Of a stretch of DNA of 64,000 nucleotides, positions 40,701 to 51,655 are shown one piece after another. This DNA is from Protoeuglena noctilucae (taxonomy: Eukaryota): assembly GCA_958009085.1 (NCBI GenBank), contig OY253673.1, forward strand, positions 434,001-498,000, in the 5' to 3' direction. Each line of letters begins with the position of its first letter. Position 1 is the first letter of the stretch. The notes beneath the pieces are model-generated. The model made no database searches and had not been told where the DNA came from. It saw nothing but the letters and a program-made list of their open reading frames with translations. The position numbers and the translations under genes were made by a program.

Positions 40701-41798
40701 CGAAGCCCTCTGCTGCAACGCCGCGCGCCCGCCCGGGCGACGGTGCGGCCGCGCCCGAGGTGGGCCGGCGCTTCCCGCAGGGCTACCAGCGGTCGCCTCT
40801 GTCGCCGACGGCGCCCGTCTGGCACACGCTGACGTCCGCGGTCCTGGGGAACGCGGCCCAGCGCGCGCTGCTGTCTCTGATGAACCGGGCGAGGCGGCCC
40901 GCGGACTGCACTGACGACCCCGGCAGCTCCGCGGACACCTCGGACTCCGACGCGGAGCCGCCGCGGCGCAGCGGGTCGTCGAGTCCGGTGCGGGGCGCGA
41001 GGGACGGCGCGAAGGGGCCAACGTCGCACGCGCCAGAGACGGCCAGGGCGGCGATGGACGCGCGGCCCTTCCGGGGGCTGTGGCCCGAGGCGGTGCCGCG
41101 CTCTGAGATGACCGTGAGCCGGGAGGTCCTTCGGGAGGACGAGGCGTCGCGGATCGACGCCATCACGCATGCGCTGGTGCGCGCGCGTCCTAGCGCAGCT
41201 GCGAAGGACGCGCCTGGGGCGCCCCGCCGCGACCGCGACCGCACGCGCGCGCCCGGTGCCGGCATCGAGGTCCCCGCCACTCCGCTCGAGAGCACCCTGG
41301 GCCGCTCTGCCTCCGAGTGGGGCGCGGCACTCGCGCAGATGGCCCACGACCCCCTCCTGCAGCGGCCCGACAAGCGGGCGCAATACCAGGTCGTCCTCAC
41401 GGGCGGCCAGTTCGTGGGCCACCTCGCCAGCTCGGACGTCAGCGTGCGCGCCGCTAAGTACGCCATCCCGCTCGCAGCGGCCCCGGCAGGTGCGCAAAGC
41501 CTCGACCCTGTGCTACCCTGCCCGACAGACCGGCAGTCAAGAGGACCGCAATCGGTGATAATAATCATTCCATCTCCTTCGCTCCGCAGACTCGGACGCC
41601 TCCCGGCCGCCCTCCCGGCCTCTCACGGCACGGTCGGCATCGCAGCGGCGGCCGCCCCCGCGCCCCGCCTCTTCCGCCTTTGGTGGCGCCGGGAACGGCA
41701 CCCCACGCGGCCCGGTGCACCGGGCCTCGTCCGAGCGGGCTCCGTCAAGCGTGGAGCGCCGGGCCTCGTCCCGCGGCAACGGGGGAGGGGCGCTCTAA
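37780..41798 (+). CDS. SANBR/KIAA1841-like BTB (DUF3342) protein
   Basis: IHVVDQASKREKEFEC...HMRYFETYL...EISVFCDV|DVFEWLL, VSVLIAGHFLRM, and Cys-rich CRRCQQWF...HCVHHP...YPCCG. The 5' end may extend to about 37027. Confidence 0.8.
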
Positions 41799-42097
41799 GC
41801 GCCATCGGACACTGCCATGGAAGTGCTCATTGGGTTTCAGACCCCAGTCCCTACGACGAACTGACCTTTCAACTAGCGCGGGCCCAAGCGGGCTCCTATC
41901 GAGGCAATGCGCCTCCATTTCTGTGTGCGCGCGCTCGGGACCGAGCTCACTGGTTTGAGCGAAGCAAGGCCTATTGCGTCGGATACTACATCGGTGACCC
42001 GAGCTGCGCGCTATCTCTGATCTGTGAAAGACACCATCCGCTCAAAGCTGTGCCGGTCCCACATGGCACCCAGCAACTGCCGCTGTGTATTGGGCAG

Positions 42098-43691
42098 TCA
42101 GCTCGCAGCAGCGGAGCCCGCCCCGCCACGCGTTCCCACCTCAGGCCCCGCGCACCGGCCCCGATGCAAATCCTCGATATCAGCCACCGGAGCTCGGTCC
42201 GCGTCACGGGGCCTCTGGCTCGTGATCGCCAGCTGCCCGCACGCTGCCGCCATCGACTGGCCCTTCTCCCGACGAACTGCGCGGCAACAGAGGTCGAGAC
42301 AGGGTCATCGACAGTGTGGTCAAGCCAATCCTCAACATGCCCAGGCTGGGTGCACGCGCCGTGCAGTCGGGCTGCACTGCCGTGCCACTCACTGGTGCAG
42401 CGGATGCCAGCCTCGCTGAGCACAGCGCGGAAGGCGAGGCTGTGCTCCTCCCCCGGCGCCTCGAAGACAATGCCCTCGTCCGCCAGAACGGGGTTCCAGG
42501 GAATGAGGTTGACCGTTGCCCGGATGCCGTTGCTGGTGAGGAGGTCCGCGAGCTCCCGGGCCTGACTCAGGGCGTCGTTCACGCCGTGCAGGAGCACGTA
42601 CTCGACGAAGACGCCCTGGCCCGTGGCGTCCTGCCACTCCCGCACGGCCGCGAGGAGACGGTCGAGGTCCCAGGCCTTTGCCGTTGGGACGATCTGCTGC
42701 CGTAGGGGCTGCGAGGGCGCGTGCAGCGAGAGCGCCAGCCGCACGGCGGGGAGGTCGTGCGCCAGTTGCCGGATCCTCGGGATGACCCCGACGGTGGAGA
42801 CGGTGAGGTGCTTGTGCGAGACGCCAAAGAGGGTCTGCTTGGTGAGCATGCGGATGGCCTCGCACACCTCGTCATATGCGTCCAAGGGCTCCCCCATGCC
42901 CATGAACACGATGTTGCGGACGGGCGTCGTGGAGTAGAGACACGCGTGGGCCATCTGCTCGACCATCTCTGCGGACGAAAGACGAACGTTGGGCAGGTGG
43001 GCGTCGTGGTGACTGTGTAGAGGGGCGGCGCGGCCGTGGCTGGTCTCAGGCCAGCTGCGCTCACCTGCTGGGAGCAAGCTGCTCTTCAGCCCCATCGTTC
43101 CGGTAGCGCAGAACGTGCAACCCATGCTGCAGCCCACTTGGGATGACAGGCATAGCGTGGCACGAGCCTTGCCGAGGCGCTTGCCGTCCGGCTGGGACGG
43201 GTCGGAGCCCAACGAGGGGTCGTACCGCATGATAACCGCCTCGACTGTGCGTAGGGAGCCACAGCGGATGGAGCGCGGGAGGAAGCAGGGGGAAAAAGGA
43301 GCCGGCGGCGGAGACACTGACCCTGCTCTCCCGTCTGCAGCTGGATGAGCAGCTTGACGACCTCGCCGTCATCCGAATAGCGAGCTTGGACGACACGAGT
43401 GGTGAACTTGACTATTTGGGCGGCGGCGAACAGCTGCCGCACCGATGCCGGCACGTCGGGCACCTGCAGCCGCGGGGAGCCGAAGATGGCCGGAAGTGTC
43501 GCGGCAGGCTCAGCCACAGCATCCACCATGATCCTCACCTCCGACAGAGGCACATCCCGTTCGCGGTGCTTGCCCAGATACGACCATACAGTCTCCGCGT
43601 GACGCTCCTTAATCCCTTTCTGCCTAAACAGCGACAGGACGCCCTGCCGGTCGAATATGGACACCGGATCGAGCGTGCGTCTCCGCACCAT
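42098..43691 (-). CDS. RlmN-like radical-SAM RNA C2-methyltransferase
   Basis: TLCLSSQVGCSMGCTFC (CxxxCxxC), VFMGMGEP, SLHAP, EYVLL, NLIPWN, and AACGQL with the catalytic Cys. Confidence 0.95.
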
Positions 43692-44247
43692 TGGCTTGAC
43701 GGCGCGAACAGCGCCAGGCACCCGGGACTGCGGCCCCGCACGTCGTGCAACGTGAATGTCGGGGGCAGCGGACGCTGGCGCTGTCCGTCCGGGTATCCTT
43801 TGCCACTCCTGGTTCTCTGCTGGCGAGTGAATGGCAAGTGAGTAGCTCAGGGGAGGCACGAGAGGCAAGTTAGGGTAGGGTTGAGAGTTCTGACACCAAA
43901 ATTTTGTGCGAGTGCGCTTTTCTCCCATTCCCCTGTCCTCTTTACTACAGTCCCTTGCTGCCCATGTGCTTCTTGCGTGCTGTGGTTGAACACAAGTGCT
44001 AGGGCTGTGACACCTTGGCAGCTTTCTGAGGCGCAGCAGCGGTTTCAATGGCACACAGTGTTTGCTTTTGCCCAGTGAAACGGATCAGTGCCGCGGGAAG
44101 GGGAACGCAAACCTTGTGGGCGCTCTCGGGTGGCGGGTGCGTCCGAGCAAGGTGACCGGCCCCGTCAAAGCAGCTCTCGTCGCCCAGGCATCGCCGTCGT
44201 CTCCATGGCTATGACGGCATGTCTGCGGTGGCGCGCATCGCTGATCA

Positions 44248-45767
44248 ATGCGGCTGGGTCGCCGCGATCCGCGTCTCTGGGTTGCGCAAAGTTGCTCGAC
44301 CCCCAGGATGCGCGCGAAGCCTCTTTGTCGACGCGTGACCGCTCCCAACATCTGCAGGACGATCACGATGGCCGGGTTCGGGGCGGACGCGCCGGGATTA
44401 CCCCCCCGGGACCCATTCCTGGACGCGGCCAGGCGCCTGGTGCCCGCGCTGGACGGCAGCATGCACAAGGGGCAGGCTGGCCGCATCGCGATCGTGGGTG
44501 GCTGCGCGGACTACACCGGCGCACCGTACTTTGCGGCCATGGCATCCATGCGCGCCGGGGCCGACCTGGCTCATGTTTTCTGCACCCCCGGCGCCGCGCC
44601 AGTCATCAAGGGGTACAGCCCCGAGCTCATCGTGCATCCGTACATGCCGGAGGCGAGGGACGACCCCGAGGAAGCTGCCGCGCGCGTCAAGTGAGGCTCT
44701 TGCTGCGCAAAGGCGGGGTGCTGGCAGGGCAGTGGCTTCCCTGTTTGCAAGAAGCAGTGGCGATGGAGGTGTTGCGAGACGTTTTGCTTCTCTGCCTTTC
44801 TCACTCGTCCGCTTCGCGAAGCATTGGGAGGCTCGCCCGACCGTGCCCCCGCAGGGCATGGCTGCCTCGGTTCTCCTGCCTGGTCCTGGGCCCTGGCATG
44901 GGTCGCGACCCTGAGATGATGGAGGCCGCGTCGCTCATCGTCGGTGAGGCTCGCGCGCCTGCAGCATGCCGGCCACTGTGCACCATAGCACGCCCGGTGT
45001 GCTATGGTCTGGGCGCGTGCTGCACCATGGCAGGGTGGTGGCCCACCCAGCGTCGCCGCGTCCGCTGCGTCCCGCAGAGCAGGCCAAGAGCCAGGGCATC
45101 CCCTTGGTCTTGGACGCCGACGCGCTGTGGCTCGTGAACCAACGCCCGGGGCTCGTCAAGAACTGCCGCAACGCGATCCTGACCCCTAACGGCGCCGAGC
45201 TCCCCCGTCTCTGCAAGGCCCTTGGCGTCAGCGAGACCTCGTCAGCCGCGCAGTTATCGGCGGCGCTGGGGGGCCCCACCGGTAAGCGGTTTGCCTCCGT
45301 GCCATCCGTGGCGCCGTGCAAGGGCATACTCAGGCCTGTCGTTACCGGGAGCTGCTGTCAACGTCGCAGTGGTCAAGAAGGGGGCGAAGGACGAGATCTC
45401 GGACGGCGCCGTGACGGCCATGTGCGACGCCCAGGGGTCCCATCGGCGCGTGGGCGGCCAGGGCGACGTCCTGACGGGCGTGACGGCCACGTTCCTGAGC
45501 TGGGCGGCTCTGTCCAGCGGGGCCAGCAAGGGCGGTACCAACGGGGCCCGCGCCCAGGTGCAGGAAACGGTCGCAGCTGCGTACGGTGCGGCACTGGTGG
45601 TGCGGACGGCGGCCAAGTGGGCGTTCGAAGCCAAGTACCGCTCCATGGTGGCGGGCGATGTCCTGGACATGGTGGGGCCGGCGGTGCACACCCTCTTCGA
45701 CAGCTCGGGCCAGATGTCGGGTCGCCTCGGGTTCATCGGGGTGGAGTCTGAGGGAGGGCAGCGGTAG
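44248..45767 (+). CDS. NAXD: ATP-dependent NAD(P)HX dehydratase
   Basis: [51 protein letters not shown]. In-frame ATGs at 44248, 44308 and 44368. Confidence 0.95.
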
Positions 45768-46321
45768 GGGCCGCCGCTTCAAGTTAAATGGCTCAGCAAT
45801 GCATCGCCTTGGTCGACAGGTGGATCACGGCAAGGTCGGCGCCGCGAGTTGCTCAGCACCAGGGCAGCGTGGGCAGCGTGGGGGGCCTGCCTCCTGCGGC
45901 CTGGGAATCGCCGGCCCGCATGCGCACTGTCCGCCAATTGCTCGACGCTTCTTCTCGAGATCGCGGGGGCATGGAAGGAAGAGGCGGTCGCGCCTGTCTG
46001 CCACGAGACGCTCTGACGGATTGCCGCCGCTAGAACGGCCTGAAGCGCTCGCTGACCATCGATTCCGTGTCCTCCTCCCGCAACGCCGCTGTCCTGATCG
46101 CCGCTCGTTCGTTCCCCTCGAGGACCCGACGAAAAGCCATCTTGCTGGCCGAAGCTGTTGTGTGCGCCGCTTTCCGTCCAACCCTCGGCTGTCGACTGCG
46201 TGCTGAAAGAGGCGCGCCTGAACTTCGCGGCCGTCCCAACCCTTGTCGCACGTTTGGCTCCCCTCCCCCCTCGGACGCCGTCTTCTCGCCTGCGCGGCGA
46301 GGTCCACGGCTGAAGAGACGG

Positions 46322-49241
46322 ATGCTGAAGCGCAGGGGCACGTCCGCCGTCACCGAGGCGGCGAAGCACTCGCCCAAGCGCCCCAGGTGCATGCGAACAT
46401 CGGCGCGCTGCCTCTCCGCGCCGGCGGCGGCACAACCGTCACCCCGCCTTGTCGCGCCTTCTTTTCTCATCTTTCAATCCATGCGTGCCCCCGACGAACG
46501 TATCCAAGCCTCAGCGGGGCCGTCGGGCCGGCGTCTGGGGGCACATCGCACGCAGCGCATCGGTCGACGGCCCGCCTCCTGCGCGCGTGCAGGCCGACGG
46601 GGCCGGCGGACGAGCCGACCAAAGAATCTCCTCCGTCGGAAGCCGCCGCCCATACCATGCTCCACCTCTCCCAGGTGCCGCTGCGCCCCGATGGAGCGCG
46701 CTGGGGGCAGCGGGACCCTGCACGCCGCCCCGGCCGACCTCCCTGCGCGCGCCTCTCTTATCCTTGTCTCTCTCATCACTTTCAATGGATCGTCCCGGCA
46801 GCCACAGCCGCGCGCAGGGTCCCCACGCTCTCCATCCGTGACCCTCGCTACCCACGCTGCCCCACCCGCAGAAGTCGCAAACGCTGATCGAGGACTTGCG
46901 CCCGAGCCAGCTGGACGGCATCCTCAATCCCGCTGACGTGGGGCACGCGGAGAAGATCCTTTCGTCGCAATTCGAGGACCAGGTGCAGGACCCTCCGCCC
47001 CTGCACCCCACCAGCCAGGGCCCGCTGAGTCTCGGGGCGAGCGGGCAGCACCCGCCGCCCAAGTTCGCCGCCCCCGCCGCGGCAGGGCGCGTCTCGGGCC
47101 GCGTGAAGGCCGAGCCCGGCCGCCCGGCCATGCTGCAGCTGGTGAGGCCGCCGCACGCGCGTGCGGGTGAGCAGACGGGGGTGGCGCCCGCGTCGCGCCT
47201 GCAGTGCCATGCGCCCTGGCTGGCTCACAGGAGGCGTTGGGACCGCGTGGCCCCGCGGCGACTCAGGACACGGCCACGACTGGGTCTATGGACAGCGGGT
47301 CTCTGGACAGGTCGGGGCGGCGGCGGGGCGGCGAAGGGTCGGGCAAGGGGCAGCGCAGGGGGCCTATGGACGAGATGAGGCAGCTCGTGCGCATCCTGCA
47401 GAAGCTCTTCCCGGCCTCGCACGTGAGAGCGACGAGGGGGGGGCGGGCGTTGTTGGGGAAGTGCGCGTGCACGCGAACACGTGGCAGGGCTTTCCATGTC
47501 CCCGCCGTCACCGGCGCCCTCGGCTGTCCCGCAGAAATGGATGGCCGACAGGGAGGGCGGGGGCGGCAACCGGGTGTCGGAAGCCCAGATCAACACGTAC
47601 CTCAAGCGGCTGCTGGGACCGGGAGCACCTCAGCCAGTGGTGCGGGGGGAGGAGGGCTCTGTTGCCGGGGCGCTCTTGGGGCGCCACATGCCGCGCGTTC
47701 GGAGCTGGACCTGGCCCGCGCCCCGGCCCCTCCCGCAGTGGGGCGTGAAGGACGGCGGCTGGCACACGTACGTGGCGAAGCTTTTGACCTGGTGCTCGGG
47801 GAAGGAAGTGACGCCGGAGCAGGCGAAGCAAGTGGCGTCGCGGCAGCAGGGGCGCAGCTGGGAGCTGAACCAGGAAATGCTCGACTCCCTGGGGTGCGTC
47901 GCGCAACCACATATGGCCCTTGCCCTCGCCCTGTGCGCCCTTCACGCCTGCCAGGTCTCGTCTGCCGTCGCTCGGCCAGACACCGCCGGCACGCCGCATT
48001 GGCCCCCGGTGCTCTTATTGTCGGAAGCTGCCTTGCCCCACAGGCTGCGGCCCACCACGTGGGAGCTGCCTCTCTCCAAGGCTGGGGCAGCTGCGGCGCC
48101 CGCGGAGCGCATGCAGATCGAACCGGCGGGCGCCGAGAGCGACGGGGAGGTGAACGAACGGCGTCGGCATGTCTTTTTTGCCCGTGTGTGTGAAGAGACG
48201 AGAGCCCACTGCACATGGGGACCGACCTCTTTGTGTCACCACCCACGTGCTGTTCCGATCGCTCCTGTGCAGGTGTGGGACCGGCTCATATCCCTGACGA
48301 ACGATATGATCCAGCGGACCAAGGGCGCCCCGGCGAAGCAGGTGCGCGAAGTTGTGGTTGCATGCACCGCCATACTGCCACACCGCTGGCAGCTCTCGAG
48401 GCCTGCCGTGGCTCCAGAGCGTCGGCAGTCCCGGCGCAGAGATGTCTGTCTGAAAAAGTCACGACTTCTTGGCGCCGTGTGCATGAGGATCCCGACATGT
48501 CTGCCGATGCATGTAATACCGCGACGATGTCCAACCCTGCCGCAGGCGCCCAACGCCCAGGAGGCGGCGTTTGTGGAGGCGGCGCAGAAGCTGGCGCGAC
48601 TGGTGGGGATGCCTCTGGTCGAGGCGTCGCGGGCGCAGAACTGGCCGGCGTTTGGCGGGGAGGTGCAGGGCGGGGCGAGCGCGAGGGGCGGGGCGCGGGA
48701 CGGCGTGGGCGGCCTGGGCAAAGGGCCCCTGGCCCTGTTCAAGGGCGGCGGCGCGGCCGTGGGCCCGAACGGCGACCCGCCCAAGCCGGCGGCCGCGCAG
48801 AGTGCGGTGATGATCGGGAACGGCATCCTGGGCCAGGCGCCGATCCCCATTAAGCACGCGTTACCTCCTGACCTTAGTCGGCTCCTCGCGGGGCCGAAGA
48901 AGGAAGAAGAGGTCTCGGTGTCGGGGGGTGTGAGGGCCGCGAGGGGCGACACGGGGGCGGAGGCGGCAGGGCCGGTAGCGAGCGCGGACGGGGGCCCAGG
49001 GGCGCGAGAGGCGGGGCCAGCGCCGTTGCAGCTGGGGGTGGGGAGCCAAGATCTGCTGGTGCCGGCGCGTGCCGTGCCTGGGAGCCAGGACTTTTGGATG
49101 GGATCTGGGCGCGCAGGAACGAGCCAGGGCTTGCATGACGTGCCCGGGTCGCCGGACCGGAACCGGGTGCACGGCCGAGGGGGCTACGGCAAAGCGGGGG
49201 CGGCCAAAACTCTGTCGCCACGGCGGGCCCCCATCCCGTGA
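46322..49241 (+). CDS. Uncharacterised putative nuclear protein
   Basis: Splice-phase-consistent exons starting MLKRRGTS...PKRPR (NLS-like). Globular core GPMDEMRQLVRILQKLFP...NRVSEAQINTYL...WHTYVAKLLTW. Confidence 0.6.
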
Positions 49242-49519
49242 CGCGTGAGCGGAGGGTCTCTAGTGCAGCTCTGGCGCAGCTCTCTGACGCAGCTCTGGCG
49301 GGGGTGCGGCTCGGCACGCAGCTGCTATGTGTGGTGATGACGACAGCTAGCCGACTGTGTTAGCTCGCCGACCCTGCTTTGCCTCAATACAGTCCGCCTC
49401 CTAGACTGCATGCTTGTGAATGCCTTGGCGAGGATCCTCACGCTGAATCGTCGTCGTGCTTGGGAAGCGCCGGGCGAGAGACGCGTCTGCGAGGCGCATC
49501 GCCTGTCAGCGTGGCTGCA

Positions 49520-51387
49520 ATGAGGCCGCTCGCCGGCTTTTCGCGTCAGGAGGTCCGCGGCAGTCCCTCAGGAGCGGACGCTGCAGGGCGCCGCGCCGTG
49601 CACCACCGCCGGACGCTGGGCACAGCCCGTGTGCAAGTGCGGGATTTTTTGCGCGAAACTGTGCTCGGCAGCCCGAACGGAGACGTGGCCTCGTGGAACT
49701 ACTCGCCCGAATGGTTTGGGACGCAAGGGAGGGGCTTCGGCCGTGACAACGGTGAGCCAGGGCGGAGGGGTTGGCCGTGACAGCGATGAGCCAGGAAGAC
49801 AGCGGTGAGCCAGGCCGGTGGGGTTTTTGATGTGACGGCGGTGAGCCAGGGCCTGATCTCCTAACGCGCCCAACAGCCGCGGTCGTTTGCCGGCCGCGAG
49901 GCACGGGGGCATTACAAGGCCGACCCGATTGGAACTTCCGTCACCAAATTACAGCATGCGCCAATCATCGGCCGCATCGCGTTGTCGTCGAGTCGCAGGG
50001 CGGGTAGTTTTCAGCAAGGACTCTCACAGTCCCGACGGGCGCGGAGGGAACACTCATGTCGAGGTCACCGCGCACGAATCGTCGAGTGAACTGAGCGTCG
50101 ACGCGGAGGCGCTCCTGACGTCGCGCCTGGGCCCCGGATGGGAGGGTTGGTTGGACGCGAGCGCTGCGACCCTGGAGTGGCGCGTCTTACGGTTCAACGG
50201 AACCACCCGACAGTCCGTGACGTCCTGCCTCTGCGTCCCCATGCGCGGGGCGGGCGCGCGCGCGCCGGAGGGCGTTCCCGGGGTCGTGCCCGGCGCCCCA
50301 GGCGTGGCAGGTGAAGCGTTCGCATTGGCCTGACAAAACAGGCTCAGGATCGGCATGGAGCCGCGTGCGGTCAGCCTCGCTCTTGTCGATCGCCGCAGTG
50401 GGCGACCCCAACGGTTTGCCTTTCGAGTACGTCAAGACGATGGCCGCGGCGCTGTTCGCTGCCCGGGGCGCATCGGGCAGTCTCGCCGGGCCGACCTGCC
50501 GACGGTGGCGTGCCTGGGCGTCGGTGGCGGCACGCTTCCGCTCTTCCTCGCCAACCGAGGCGAGTGCCGGACCCGCTCCATCTAGACAACCCACCCTTGG
50601 CACCCCGAGCTGACCCGGCCACCTCCATCCGCCGTTGCAACCAGCACCCAGCATCCGCCCGCAGGATACAGCGTGGTGGGCGTCGACATCGACCCGGTGG
50701 TGTTGGAGGCGGCCAGGTCCTCCATGGGCCTCGCGGGCCACATCCACGGCCTGACGCTCATCGAGGCCCCGGCCGAGGCATACCTCACTCAGGCGACGTC
50801 GGGCAGCCTGTCGGCGGCCGTGGTGGACTTGTTCGACGGGAACGACGCGGTCCTTGCGGCCCTTGCCGACCCAGACGGGGCCCTTCTGTGCGGCCTGGCC
50901 CACGCTCTGGACCCAGAGTGTGGCGTGACGCTCGTGAACCTGCACTGCCCGCCGAGCCGGTCGTGGTCGCTGCTGTCCCCGAGAGGCGGCGGCTTCGACG
51001 CCGAGTCGCCGCAGGGGCGGTTCGTCAAGGACGTCACGCGGGCGATGCGCGCGGCCGGACTGACGGGCGAGGACGGGTGCTGCTTCGCCCTCAAGGCGCA
51101 GAGTCAGCACAACGTGTGCCTGGTCGCCATGCGCGGCATCGGGCTCACCCCGGCGTCCGCCGACCTCGTCCTGCAAGTGGGCCTCGAGAGGTGCGGTCTT
51201 CTGCATGCATGCATGGCAGCCCTTAGCTCGCATGGCAGCCCTTTGCTTGCATGGTTGCCTTAAGAATTGCTTTGTTTTACATGCATAACACCCGCTTTCC
51301 TGGATGTACTGCAGGGAAATGGCTGAGCGGGGACAGTTGGGATTCGACGGCAAGATGCGGGTCACCAAGGGCCTGACCCTGCTGTGA
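49520..51387 (+). CDS. SAM-dependent methyltransferase/spermidine-synthase-like protein, probably plastid-targeted, with an apparent frameshift near 50470
   Basis: WRVLRFNGTTRQSV, FEYVKTM, CLGVGGGTLPLFL, VDIDPVVLEAA, VVDLFD, LVNL. Confidence 0.8.
49743..49852 (+). repeat. Four degenerate copies of GTGACRRCGGTGAGCCAGG spanning an exon/intron junction
   Basis: Copies start at about 49743, 49777, 49798 and 49832. Confidence 0.85.
51211..51261. repeat. 19-bp tandem repeat (about 2.7 copies) in an intron
   Basis: gcatggcagcccttagctc / gcatggcagccctttgctt / gcatggttgcctt. Confidence 0.8.
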
Positions 51388-51655
51388 AGGCCAAGCTGCC
51401 AGGCCAAGGGCCACGCACAGCTCACGCCGCTTAGACGTCTACCTGCCTGCGTGCCGCGCCTCATGTTACCGTGCTCCTAGGCCGCCTGACGCGAGCCCCC
51501 AATGCATGCGCGACGCGGCAGAGCATCTACCTACTATCCGTTCCTGTTCCTACGCCCATGGCACTCATGGCGCGAGCGTGACGCATGCTTGTGGTCTGAA
51601 CCTATGCGCCCTTTCAACGCACGCTTGTCGCGACACGCGCCCAGCCCTGCAAAAC

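Noticed and set aside
49743..49852. CRISPR-like spaced repeats
   Set aside because: The copies are degenerate and irregularly spaced, lie in a eukaryotic intron, and no cas genes are present.
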